In this document: piece by piece, positions 1 to 10,873 of the stretch
Layout of the letters: the number at the start of each line of letters is the position of its first letter
Numbering within the stretch: position 1 is the first letter of the stretch
Source of the DNA: an uncultured delta proteobacterium
GTDB taxonomy: Bacteria > Desulfobacterota > Binatia > Binatales > Binataceae
Reading direction: 5' to 3'
Length of the DNA stretch: 64,000 bases
NCBI GenBank assembly: GCA_963724765.1
Contig: CAVRVY010000003.1
Coordinates: forward strand, 224,001 to 288,000
Notes under the pieces: generated by a model
What the model was told of the DNA's origin: nothing
The model's database searches: none
Seen by the model: the letters and a program-made list of their open reading frames with translations, nothing else
Program-made: the position numbers and the translations under genes

Positions 1-465
1 GCAGTTTTCTTCCGGGCCGTCTTCCTACCGACCGACCGCGCCGCATCCATCTGATCCCGCAGGGCGGGTGATGGGGAGTGTCCGATCGGTTTATGCGCGT
101 TTCCGTTTGCCAATTTCGGGTGTTCCATTCTCTCTAAATCTCCTAAGCCGTAACGGCTCGCTGGGATGTTCGCTCCGTTGCGTGCATGAAGCGAGTGATT
201 TCGTCCCCTATTCCCAGGTCATTCGCGCGGAAACGGAGAGGCTGGCGATTGGAAGGCGAATAGGACCGGCGAAATTGCAGCAGAGAAAGCGAGGCCTCTA
301 GTAAGAGCGGAAACCGCCCGAAATCTCCCGCCGCGCACGACTGGCTGCGTGCCGGGAAACGAGCAATGTGTGTGTCATTGGGGTAGCAAATCGTGCGCCT
401 CGAGGAGGGCCACATATGAGCTTGGATGCCGAGCGGAAGGTCCCGAAATATCGACAGGAACGATC

Positions 466-948
466 ATGAAGCGGAGGGCGCCGGTTCTAGACGGAGATGC
501 GCTCGCCGCAGAGATTGCCGCTCTGTCAAGGGCCAGTATCAAGGACCTTCGCCAGCGGTGGAAGACCTTGTATGGCAAGGAGCCGTCAAGCCATATCGGC
601 CGGTCCTTTGTGATTCGGGCGATCGCCTACCGCCTCCAGGAAAAGGCTTTCGGCGGTCTCAAGCCGTCGACCCGACGCCTGCTCGCTCGCGTCGCAGAAG
701 AGACCGCGGCCGGGAGTTCGCCGAAGAGCCCGTCGATTCGAAAGGCGGAACCGGGAACGATTCTGGTCCGCGAATGGCAAGGGAAGACGCACCGGGTTAC
801 GGTGCTTGGCGACGGAGTGTCCTTCAAGGGCAAGCGTTACCGTTCGCTCTCCGAGATCGCGCGCGAAATCACCGGCAGTCGTTGGTCAGGACCGCGATTC
901 TTCGGGCTACGATTGCCTGCGATGGAGAACAATCATGGAACGCCCTAA
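466..948 (+). CDS. DUF2924 domain-containing protein (copy 1)
   Basis: Motifs LRQRWKTLYGKEP, RAIAYRLQEKAFGGL, GTILVREWQG, YRSLSEIAREITGSRWSGPRFFGL. ATG at 466 follows AGGA. Overlaps the downstream recombinase start by 14 bp. Confidence 0.85.
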   Translation: MKRRAPVLDGDALAAEIAALSRASIKDLRQRWKTLYGKEPSSHIGRSFVIRAIAYRLQEKAFGGLKPSTRRLLARVAEETAAGSSPKSPSIRKAEPGTILVREWQGKTHRVTVLGDGVSFKGKRYRSLSEIAREITGSRWSGPRFFGLRLPAMENNHGTP

Positions 949-2609
949 ATCACCAATTCGACGCTGCGCGATCTACACCCGCAAATCTTCCGAAGAAGGA
1001 TTGGAGCAGGACTTCAACTCGCTGCACGCGCAGCGCGAGGCTTGCGAAGCGTTCATCAAGAGCCAGGCCGGTGAAGGATGGCGTCTGGTCAAGACGGCCT
1101 ATGACGATCGTGCCCTGTCCGGCGGAACGATGGAGCGGCCGGCACTGCAGCGTCTGTTGTCCGATATCAGCCAGGGCCTGATCGATGTCGTGGTGGTCTA
1201 CAAGGTGGACCGGTTGACCCGCTCTCTGAGCGACTTCGCAAAGATGGTCGAAGTGTTCGACGCGCGGGGTGTCTCTTTCGTTGCTGTCACGCAGCAGTTC
1301 AACACGACGACATCGATGGGACGCCTGACGCTCAACGTCCTGCTGTCCTTCGCCCAGTTCGAGCGCGAGGTGACCGGCGAACGGATCCGGGACAAGATCG
1401 CCGCTTCCAAGCAGAAGGGAATGTGGATGGGTGGTCTGGTCCCACTTGGCTACGACGTAATTGATCGTCGCCTCGAGGTATCAATCGGAGGCGCAGAAGG
1501 TCCTGGAAATCTTCCGCCGTTACCTGGAACTCGGGTCCGTTCGGCTCCTGATGGAAGATCTGAACCGCCGCGGCATCCGATCCAAAGTCCGGGTTGCAAA
1601 GAACGGTAGGAAGTCCGGCGGGAACCCGTTTTTCCGTGGCGCGCTCTATGTGCTGCTTTCGAATCCCATCTATATCGGCGAGATTCGTCACAAGGGTGTC
1701 CGCCATCCGGGTCTGCACGAACCGATCGTGGATCGAGAGCTGTGGGAGAAAACCCAGCTGTTGCTGCGCAGCCAGGCGGTTCGGGGCGCGTCGCGCACGA
1801 AAGCGGTCGCCAGTCCGCTCATGGGTAGACTCTTCGACGAAAGCAGCCAGAGCCTGACACCAAGTCACGCGGTGAAGGGCGAACGGCGCTATCGCTATTA
1901 CGTGTCGCGCAGCCTGATCAAAGGGACGGCGGCGGATTCGGCCGGACGCGGCTGGCGCTTGCCGGCGCCAGAGATCGAGCGAACCGTCGCGGCTTCGGCT
2001 TGCCAAATCTTGAGCGACAGGACCGCAATCGCCGCGGCTGCCCAAGCGATCGGTCTAGCGGACAATCGACTTCCATCGCTCTTCTCGGCGGCAGCAGCGT
2101 GGAGAGAGCGCCTGCGGTCGGAGGTCGAAGCCGGAGCAGCCCTGAATGTCTTGGTCGATCGCGTAGACCTGACCGATACCCGCATCCGCGTATCGCTCAA
2201 GCTGCCGATACCCGACCCGGTGACGCGGCCCGCGGCGCTGGTCATTACGCGTTTCTTTCCCATGACAATCAGGCGGCGTGGTGTCGAGATGCGTCTGGTC
2301 ATTGAAGGCAATCGTGCGCCCGCGCCACAAGCTGATTCGGCACTATTGAAAGCTGTCGCCAGGGCGCGGCAATGGTCTGAAGACCTGCTGATGGGCAGAG
2401 CAAAGTCAGTTGCAAAGATCGCTGAACGCGAAGGGGTCTCAGACCGCTACGTCAGACGACTAACGCGGCTGGCATTCCTGGCACCGGAGATTGTCGAAAT
2501 GGTCGCAGCCGGCAGGCAGCCGCCAGAGCTCACCGCCGAGGCCTTGGCCGAACGGATCGATCTTCCTCTTCTTTGGACCGCACAAGAACAAGCCGTGGGA
2601 ATCGCATAG
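935..2609 (+). pseudogene. Large serine recombinase (resolvase + recombinase domains), frameshifted at ~1480
   Basis: Catalytic AIYTRKSS, VYKVDRLTRS and FAQFEREVTGERIRDK are in ORF 806-1609; the protein continues in ORF 1461-2609. Colinear with the intact paralog 15095-16768; the frame breaks at RRLEV/QSEAQ. Confidence 0.85.
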
Positions 2610-2846
2610 TTCCTCTTAAGTTCGATCACTTCCGCACCATCCTGGCCGAGCACGTCGGCGAATCGGATCCTGGCGTGCGTCGGGCGTGGATGGAACCGCC
2701 TCACTTGCCAACAGAGACTTTGGCCGCGTCTTGCGTGCGAACCGCAAAAGGTGGTTTTCTCCGGCGCCGCCAAATCTGCAAATGACGCCGCAATCGCGCG
2801 CTATTTCGCCGTCTTGAGGGGAGTGTCCCCAGAGATAGGGACTCGT

Positions 2847-2880
2847 TGGCGGAGCGAGGTGAATTCGAACTGCCGGTACC
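2847..2880 (-). repeat. Degenerate tRNA 3'-end remnant (putative att site)
   Basis: Reverse complement reads ...GTTCGAATTCACCTCGCTCCGCCA (T-loop, acceptor strand, CCA). Shares GACTCG(T/A)TGGCGGAG with the tRNA-Ser end at 19675-19689. Confidence 0.65.
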
Positions 2881-3113
2881 GATTTGTGAACAGTTAGACG
2901 ACAGCCTCGGTTTAAGCTTTACGGTACCGAGACGAACTGCAAGCGCTATCGCCCTGCGGCGCATTCCTAGTGCGCTTTCGGGTCGGGGATCGACCGGGGC
3001 AAAATGGCCTGCTCTTTTATTTGATCGCTACTGCGACATCAGTCTTCGATGTCGTTCATCGCCCGGACTCGCCGAGGCACACGCAACCTCGTAGCATAGG
3101 CTCTTTGCATTGA

Positions 3114-3557
3114 CTACGAGAAGGCGGCGTCCAGAAACTGAATTTGGGCGGGCGAGAGACGCCAGCCGGACGCCTGGCAATTCTCGGCGACGCGGCTCAC
3201 GCTATTCGACTTTGGGATAGCGACGACGTTGGGCCGCGAGGTACACCAGTTCAGTGCGACCTGGGCTAGAGTCTTTTGCACCTGTGCCGCCACCATTTCC
3301 AGAGCTTGCATCCTTGAGTTTGATGGGATCTGCGACCGCGTCGCCAGACGGCCATCATCGAGCGGCGTGTAGGCGATGACCGTCACGCGGTTCATAAAAC
3401 AGTAGGGCAGCAAGTCGCGCTCGATTTCCCGACGGTTCAGGTTGTACAAGACCTGGTTGGAAACGATGGGATACTTACTCATGGCTTCCTGGGCCGCATG
3501 TAGCTCGAAAGTGGAGAAGTTGCTTACGCCGATGTATCTGACTAGGCCGCGATCCAC
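3114..3557 (-). pseudogene. Aldo/keto reductase, 5'-truncated fragment
   Basis: GLVRYIGVSNF, SNQVLYNL, IAYTPL, AQVALNW, IPKS motifs; N-terminal half absent (in-frame stop just upstream). Confidence 0.8.
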
Positions 3558-3605
3558 GAACTCTTAGCAGCGTTTTAGCCGGCGAGCAGCGAGGAGAAGA
3601 CAGTC

Positions 3606-4181
3606 ATGAGTGACTCGAAATTAGGGAGTGGTGTTTCCTCAGACGCAACGACAGCATCCTCCCTCCCAGAGATCCTCAATGCACATGCAAGAATGGAAAC
3701 GCAGTGCGGGGAAATTTACGTGCAGTTCGCCGCGGCTTTCGGTAAACACCCAGAGCTAAGGCGAATGTGGACCGCAATGGCGTTGGAGGAGGGCGGACAC
3801 GCAGCACTGGTGCGCGCGGTCAATAGAGGTCTACTTTCAGGCGTGCTTAGGGCGAAGTCTCTTGTACTTCCCCTCGAATACCTCGACTCCCTCTCCGTGC
3901 AGTTGAAAGGGTATCAGGAACAGGCACAAGAAGGGATCTCCCTGGACCGGGCACTGCGGATCACCTGGGAACTGGAATGTTCTGAGCTGGACTTTATGCG
4001 CGAACTGCTGGTTTCCTCGAACAATCTAGCCGAACTAGGATTTCCCACGGATGACGAGGGTAAGGACGAGCACGTTGGCCGCTTGAGACCGCTAATCCAG
4101 AAATACACGACTGACGAGGAGCTTCGGCGTGAGGTGAAGTTCGGAGTGTTCGGGTCGACCCTGGAACAGATAAAAGTTTGA
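3606..4181 (+). CDS. Ferritin-like/rubrerythrin-like four-helix protein
   Basis: GAGGAG RBS; helical protein with E...Y, EExxH (LEEGGH), and E and DEH ligand-like motifs. Confidence 0.6.
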   Translation: MSDSKLGSGVSSDATTASSLPEILNAHARMETQCGEIYVQFAAAFGKHPELRRMWTAMALEEGGHAALVRAVNRGLLSGVLRAKSLVLPLEYLDSLSVQLKGYQEQAQEGISLDRALRITWELECSELDFMRELLVSSNNLAELGFPTDDEGKDEHVGRLRPLIQKYTTDEELRREVKFGVFGSTLEQIKV

Positions 4182-4399
4182 GACCAGCGTCCCCAGCGAT
4201 TCGAGCTCCCGATAGGCGCCGGGCCCGAGCCAACACATTCGGCCTCAACGAAGTCGACCTCGCCGTGCGCACGCTGGCCGGCCGGGGTCGAGGGCCAAAA
4301 CGCGATTCACGTGATGGTGGTCCCAAACTCTGAACCACAGGAGGGTTTTCGATCATATCGAGCGCACGAGTGGCAGTCCGAACTTGGAGGAGCTGTACC

Positions 4400-4680
4400 A
4401 AAAGCGGCTCAACTCAAAGCCTACGACCAGGCAGGCATGTGGGGCTATCACCTCGCAGAGCATCACCAGACTCGGCTCGGATGGCCCGGTCGTCAAATCT
4501 CTTTCTAGCTCTTTCTAGCCGCCGCCGCCCAGCACACGCGCCATCTTCGGCTTGGAACGGCGGTCTACCTGCTCCCGTTCTACAGCCCGCTTCGCCTGAT
4601 CGAAGAGATCTGCATGCTCGACCATTTAAGCGGCGGGCGGCTTGAGATCGTGTCGGCGCCGGGTATCGCCCTTTGAGTCT
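4400..4680 (+). pseudogene. LLM-class flavin-dependent oxidoreductase fragment
   Basis: Broken frames give YDQAGMWGYHLAEHH, LGTAVYLLP and PLRLIEEICMLDHLSGGRLEI, typical luciferase-like motifs. Confidence 0.65.
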
Positions 4681-4925
4681 TAGCGGACGCGCCGCGGCGT
4701 AAGTGCGTTTCATCATGGTCATCAAGGTCTTCCACTTGGCTCAGCCCGATCTTCCAGTGCTCGAGGTGCCGCGGCACTGGAACACCGCGGACCAAAACCG
4801 GCTCAACCTTGCCAAAGGCATTTCGGTTTGGCCTCCGCGTTTGCGGATCGCTTGATGTTGGTGTGATGCTGAAACAAAGATCCAAAAGGGAATCTCGGGC
4901 AATACACCTTCGCTAGTGAAGACGG

Positions 4926-6049
4926 ATGCGCCTTTCTGAATTCATCCGAGCCAACGTCGACCAGATAGTCCACGAATGGGAGGAGTTTGCGAAAACTCTC
5001 AGCGCGGACACAGCTCTGCCTCGATGGATTCTTCGGATCATGCCCCCGCCATCGTCAAGTACATCGCCGACAATATGGAGGTGCCCCAGACTCCCGTCGA
5101 GGAAGAAGCGAAAAGCAAAGGCGAGCAGCCGAGCGGCCCGATCGAACATGCCGCCGCAGTTCACGTCAGCCTGAGAATCGAGTCAGGATTCGACTTGGTG
5201 CAGATAATGGCCGAGTATCGCGCGCTGCGCTCGTGCGTTCTCCGGATGTGGCGTCAAAGTTACCCCGATAGTTTCGCACGCGGCGCTGCGGAGATAAGCA
5301 GGTTCGCCGAAGCGATCGATCAAAACGTCGCGGATGCAGTTCCCTACTACCAAGAGCGCGAGACTCAATATCGCGATCGATTCCTCGGCATTTTGGGACA
5401 CGATTTGCGAAGCCCCATCAATGCCATCACGCTCGGAGCGTACCTGCTCACCTCGAACGGATTGAACGAAAAGCAGCGCGGCACAGTTTCGCGAATTTTG
5501 AACAGCGCGCGACACTTGAATCGCATGGTCAGTGACCTGCTCGACTTCTCGCGCGGCCGCCTTGGCAGTCCAATGCCGATTGCGGCGACCGAGGCCAACC
5601 TCGGACAGCTCGTCAGTGAGGTTGTCAATGAAGTTCAGACCGCTAATCCGCAGTTCATTGTTAATTTCGACTCGAACGGCGACCTGGAAGGCCAGTGGGA
5701 CGTCGAACGATTGAAGCAGGTCGCCTCGAATCTGATGCTGAACGCGATTCAGCATGGCGCCGGCAAAGCGATCAAAGTCACTGCCACCGGCGAGGAAAAC
5801 TCGGTGATGCTAACGGTAGAGAACGAGGGTCCGCCAATACCGAAAGAACTGCAGGCGACGATACTCGATCCGCTGGTTCAGGGCAAGACGCCCGATCCGA
5901 CTCGGACCGGGCTCGGTCTGGGGCTTTTTATCGTGAATGAAATAGTCGCCGCGCACCACGGAACGATCATGGTGACTTCGACTCAAGATTCCGGCACGAT
6001 TTTCTCGGTGCGCCTGCCGCGTCGCTGGTTCGGACCAAATGCTAGCTGA
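4926..6049 (+). pseudogene. Cytoplasmic sensor histidine kinase (RsbRD_N-like N-terminus), frameshift at ~5036
   Basis: MRLSEFIRANVDQIVHEWEEFA...LR joins DHAPAIV in the next frame. H-box LGHDLRSP, N-box NLMLNAIQHG, G2 GLGLGLFIV. Confidence 0.75.
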
Positions 6050-6564
6050 ATCAACGCGTGACCGGGTCGAAGGGCCGACGCCCGCAGGACCCTTATGAAA
6101 ATCTCGCCTGTTACACGGTGGAACTGACGACCGGGGTCGAGCCACCCCCGGCTAAGTGCTCGGGGGCGCAAGTTCGGCGGCTGCGCGCGCAGTCTTTCGG
6201 CCTCACTGCATCGCCGTGCCCTTGATCGACTTCACGGGCGCCACTGGAAGCTCGGTATAAGTAACGGTCATGGGCTTTGCTATGATGTGGCTGGACTCGT
6301 ACACGTCCGATTCGCCTTGCGAAGTGCGCTATCTTGGGCAGAGAGCTTACAGGAGCTGTCCCTGCTGAAAATTCTCTACCAACAAAATGAGGATAGGTGC
6401 GAAAGCCAAGAGCGAACAGCGACCAGCTGCGATGAACCGGCGCGCGTCGCAGGCTGTACCATATGCGGCTGTCGCCTGATCCAGATCTAAGCGCTATCAA
6501 CACGAGGATTCGACCGTGTGGTAGCGGCCGCTGCGCAACCAATGGCAAGCAGTAGTTGGTGCCG

Positions 6565-7656
6565 TCAGGCCGCGAGGCGCTGGTAGCGATGATGCAACCC
6601 GCCGACTTGCGGGATGGCGATGACGCGGCCGGTCGGCGGTGGCTGGATGGGACGCGAGTGCGGACAATCCTTGTCGAGTGACAGATGCGTTCGGGCTCGG
6701 TGGTAGTAGGCCACGTAAGATGAAAGGACGTGGCGCAAATGGCGCTCGTTGAAGATCACGACGTGGTCGAGACATTCGCGACGAATCGAGCTGATCACGC
6801 GCTCGACGTAAGCGTTCTGCCATGGGGAGCGGTGCCGTGACGACCTCAGTAATTCCCATCGCCGCGACCCGCTGGCTGAAGACCGAGCCGTACGAGGCGT
6901 CGCGGTCGCGCAGCAGAAAGCTGGGAGCTGTGTCCACGGAAACGCTTCAATTACCTGCTGCGAAGGCCACGCTGCCGTGGGATGCTGCGTAACATCGAAC
7001 CGCACAATCCTTCTGCGCCCGTGAGCCAGGATGATCATGACGTACAGCCGTCGAAACGAGGCCGACACGGCGACGAACATGTCGATGGCGGCGATGCCGA
7101 TTGCTTCGTTGCGCAGAAAGCTACGCCATGTCGGTGAAGGCGTTCCGATTCGGCGCACCATGTACTTTGCGACCGTGGCTTGGCTGACCTCAATGCCGAG
7201 CTTCAGCAGCTCGCCGTGGATGCGAGGCGCACCCCACAATGGGTTGGCGCTGTTCATCTGCCGGATCAGATCACGAACTTCGCGACCTACTGACGGCCGT
7301 CCAGACCTTGAGCGCCAGCGCCAATAGAGCCGGAAGCCTTGGCGGTGCCACTGGACCACGGTGGCCGGCTTCACCAACATCATGATGTTCAGGCACCGCG
7401 GCCAGACCCGGTAAAGCCAGATCCAGAGTATGCGATCGAGCGCGAAGAGCTGGGGGCGGCCAGGACGCTGGCGACGCAGGACTGCCAATTGGTGGCGGAG
7501 CGCAATGACCTCGAGCTCCAATTCCGCGCGGCCGCGAAACCGACCAGCGAGCCATGAAAGAAGCGCCAAGCTGTATGCGAGCATGCCCGTGACACTACGG
7601 CCGAGCTAGATAAATCGCTAGCCTTTTCCACGCTTTCCGAGTTTTCAGTAGGCACA
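6565..7656 (-). mobile_element. IS-like element with rve integrase-core transposase, internally frameshifted
   Basis: LWGAPRIHGELLKLG, AAIDMF, LLRDRD (other frame), SPWQNAYVERVI, GGLHHRY; terminal sequence TGTGCCTACTGAAAACTC ending at 7656. Confidence 0.8.
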
Positions 7657-7663
7657 AGGGACC

Positions 7664-8762
7664 TGTGCTTAGTCAGAACTAACCCGGATATATTGATGAT
7701 GCAGCCCACCGAGAATTGGTATCGCTGCGATGGGGCCGAGCTTCTGCGGGCGCCGAAAATGGGGCGCATTCTTTTCCAATGAGAGATGCGTACGGATTTT
7801 GTTGTAATAAGACGCGTAATTCTTTAGCACGCGACGCATCTGCGCTTCGTCGAACACGATGAAGTGATCGAGGCTTTCGCGCCGAATCGAACCGATGAGG
7901 CGCTCGACAGTGGCCGTTTTGCCACGGCGAGCGTGGTGCGGTCGGGTGATCCCTGATCCGCATTGCACGAATGCGGCGTATATAAGCAGGACCGAATGCG
8001 CCGTCGCGGTCGCGAAGCAGATGATGTGGCGCTTCATCCCAGGGAAAGGCGTCAGTCACCTGGCCTGCGATCCATTCGGCGGTCGGATTGTTCGTCACCC
8101 TGATGCTCACCAGTCGCCTACGAGCATGGCGAAGAATGACCAGACCGTAGAGCAGCTTGAACGAGATCGTCCGAACTACAAACAGATCCAACGAGGCGAT
8201 GCCAGCGGCTTGATTGCGCAGGAAAGTCTTCCAACCTTGGGACGGTGGTCGGCGGCGCCGGACCAATACCTGCCGACGGTCGACTCTGCGACGTCGATCC
8301 CAAGCATCAATAATTCGCCGTGAATGCGAGGCGCGCCCCATAGCGGGTTCTCGCGGCTCATGCGCCGGATCAGCGCTCGAATCTCGGAGTCTATTCGTGG
8401 GCGGCCGCCGACGTGGCGGGATTTCCAGCGCCAGTAGGCGCGGAAACCGCGTCTGTGCCGACGGATCACGGTCTCCGGCTGAAAGATGATTATCGCGTCC
8501 AGGAGCGACGGGGACAGACGATACAGCCACACCAACAGCAAGCGATCGATGTTCAACAGCCGCACGCGCTTTGGGTGCTGGCGGCGTAATACTATGAGCT
8601 GTTGGCGTAGTAGGAGATTCTCGGCCTCAAGCCGCGCTCGTCGCGCGAACCATGATCGGATAACAAGCAGCAGCTGGGTCAGAAACGCGACCATCGGCCG
8701 CTTCATTACCATACGGCCACAAGTGCGTCACCCCACCCCGGATATGGTTTTCGGGAGGCACA
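7664..8762 (-). mobile_element. Second rve integrase-core IS-like element, frameshifted
   Basis: ORFs 8176-8712, 7679-8530 and 7669-8037 together give the same transposase family; bounded by CCTGTGC...GCACAGG ends. Confidence 0.8.
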
Positions 8763-8779
8763 GGTCGTCCGAAGTGGTC

Positions 8780-8949
8780 GGCGAATAGATAGTGGGACTG
8801 CAGCTCGCTGAAGATCCGGGAGCCCGTCGACCCCATCCGCACGCCTCAGGGATTGTAAAGCGTCGACTCCGTGGCGAGTCTGCGCTCGGGCCACTCATTC
8901 GGCGAGGCGTATCAAGATCGAAGGTCAGACAAACAAAATGTTGCGCCAT
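8780..8949 (-). pseudogene. N-terminal stub of probable polysaccharide deacetylase
   Basis: AGGAG RBS then MAQHFVCLTFDLD (LTFDxD motif); degenerates before the IS end at 8762. Confidence 0.45.
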
Positions 8950-8966
8950 TGTTCGATCTCCTTGAA

Positions 8967-10376
8967 TTATGAGTCTTGCTGGTCGGGCCAGCGCGGCGGG
9001 TGAGTGCCGAGTGGAACCGGCGGGCGGGTCCATCGCGCCTTCGTCTCGGACATTTGCACGACTGGCGCGAGATGACGCAAGCGGCCAAGCGGCGTCCGCG
9101 TTTCGATAGTGAGACGCGCGATCTCGTCCGCCGGCAGGTCATCGGGAACGCCTTCGAGCGCGGCGGCGTCAAGCAGGCCGCGATCGACGATGAATTTACC
9201 AGCGCGTGCCAATGATACGCGCACCAGCCAGCTTCCTCCCTCCCGGACGCGACGCGCCAACGCGACCATAGCGCCAAACGCCATCAGATGGCCGCTGACG
9301 TAATCGATCGCGGATACGGGCGTTAGCCGCGGCTCCGTGCCACCGCCCGACACCAACGCCATCCCCGTAGCGGTTTGCACGATCGTGTCGAAGCCACGCC
9401 GCTCGCGCCACGGACCCTCGCGACCCCACGCGCGCAACTCGACGCAGACGATCCCGGGACGCATCTCCGCGAGGGCTTCCGGCGAAAAGCCGCGGCCGGC
9501 GAGCGCTCCCGGCCGATACGACTGTGAGAATACGTCGGCGTCGCACACGAGTGCCCGCAGCATCTCGACGTCCTGCTGATTACGCAGATCCAAATGCGCG
9601 GACAGCTTGCCGAGGCCGGTGTCCAGTTCGACCGAGCCGGAATTGGGCAGATGCGGAGCGGTGATCTTGAGGACCTCAGCGCCATGCTCGGCGAGGGTCC
9701 GCGCGCAGGTCGGCCCGGCAAGCACCCGAGTGAGATCGAGCACACGGACGCCCGCGAGCGGACGCTCACCCCTTGGCAACGGCTCGGGGGGTGCGTCGCC
9801 GATCCGCACGATCTCCACCAACGGTAGCGACGCGACTGCCGCAACTTGCGGATGTTGCACCCATTCCTCGGTCGTGCGAGCGAAAGCGCCGCATCCGCCC
9901 GACGTCATAAACGCGTCCTCAAGCGCCTTTCCCTCCCATCTCGCGGCGGCGGCCGCCATGTCTTCCTTTTTTTGGGCCGCGACGCCGAGCACCGCGAGGT
10001 TGCGGTCGCGATGGTTCGGGAAATTGCAGTGGACGAAGACCCAGCGCCCGCGGCTTACCTTGTAGAAGCCCGATAGCGGATCCATCGGATCGCGCTGGGC
10101 GGGACCGTCGAGCTTCATATATCTAGCGCTGCGCAACGATGCGACGGCAGCGCGAACATCTACTTCGACTTCCTGTCTGCGGCCCGTTCGCATCTCCCAG
10201 ATCGAGGCCGCAGCGAGGCCAGCCGCCGCAATCACCGCTGAACCGGCGGCGCCGATGCGATAGCGCGTCGGAATTACAGGGTCGTCACCGACGAGACGCG
10301 CATTGGCCGCGCTCGCTGTGACAACGCCGGCAGATTTGAGAATTTCCGCAAGAGCAACTTCAGGCGCTGAGCTCAT
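8967..10376 (-). CDS. CoA-transferase family III (CaiB/BaiF-like, long form)
   Basis: PLAGVRVLDLTRVLAGP, DTGLGKLS, ADVFSQSYRPG, RRGFD motifs; AAGGAG upstream of the MSSAPE start. Confidence 0.85.
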   Translation of the reverse strand: MSSAPEVALAEILKSAGVVTASAANARLVGDDPVIPTRYRIGAAGSAVIAAAGLAAASIWEMRTGRRQEVEVDVRAAVASLRSARYMKLDGPAQRDPMDPLSGFYKVSRGRWVFVHCNFPNHRDRNLAVLGVAAQKKEDMAAAAARWEGKALEDAFMTSGGCGAFARTTEEWVQHPQVAAVASLPLVEIVRIGDAPPEPLPRGERPLAGVRVLDLTRVLAGPTCARTLAEHGAEVLKITAPHLPNSGSVELDTGLGKLSAHLDLRNQQDVEMLRALVCDADVFSQSYRPGALAGRGFSPEALAEMRPGIVCVELRAWGREGPWRERRGFDTIVQTATGMALVSGGGTEPRLTPVSAIDYVSGHLMAFGAMVALARRVREGGSWLVRVSLARAGKFIVDRGLLDAAALEGVPDDLPADEIARLTIETRTPLGRLRHLAPVVQMSETKARWTRPPVPLGTHPPRWPDQQDS

Positions 10377-10579
10377 CGCTGACTCCTTCGCAATACAAGC
10401 AAGCCAAAAATGCCTCCGGAGCAGCGCTCCGTAGGCACCGTCGCGCTGTCCCTTCGCTATCTCTAATCCGGTTTCACCCGTGCGCCAATGCTGGCGCATC
10501 GGTGCCGATTATCACTTCTGCAAACAGGCGAAAGAGAAATGCTCGCAGCCGAACTGTATCTGCTGCTGTTTTCCCCTGG

Positions 10580-10756
10580 GGCGATGTGGGGCTGACGAAG
10601 CGAGGACTTCTAGTTCCAGATCCGCCCGGCTACGGAATCGGCAGGCAAGAACAGAAACGATCGAACGCACGAGCGTAAGCATGCCGGCGACACTACGGCG
10701 GTGACTCGTAAAACTCCAGCCTTTTCCGCGCATTCGGAGTTTTTGGTAGGCACAGG
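10580..10756 (-). mobile_element. rve-IS left-end remnant
   Basis: Terminal CCTGTGCCTACCAAAAACTC followed by MLTLV...FRSRADLELEVLA, matching the N-terminus of the 6565-7584 transposase. Confidence 0.7.
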
Positions 10757-10873
10757 AAGAATTGGAGGAAACTATGTTTGTCTGCAAGGTGCCTTGTGTC
10801 CGCGACGCGGTCCCCCTGGTCAGACTCGAGGCCGAGGTTGTCGTTTAGGGCATTAAGGCTTTCTTAGCAGTCA

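Noticed and set aside
1470-1490. Programmed frameshift in recombinase copy 1
   Set aside because: No slippery heptamer or obvious stimulator, and the paralog is continuous here; a simple small deletion is more likely.
6111-6548. 145-aa ORF beside the rve element
   Set aside because: No recognisable motif and it starts within the IS end; probably scrambled remnant DNA.
10757-10873. Possible IS110 bridge-RNA/non-coding end
   Set aside because: The element is heavily degraded and truncated; no structure or boundary could be supported by eye.
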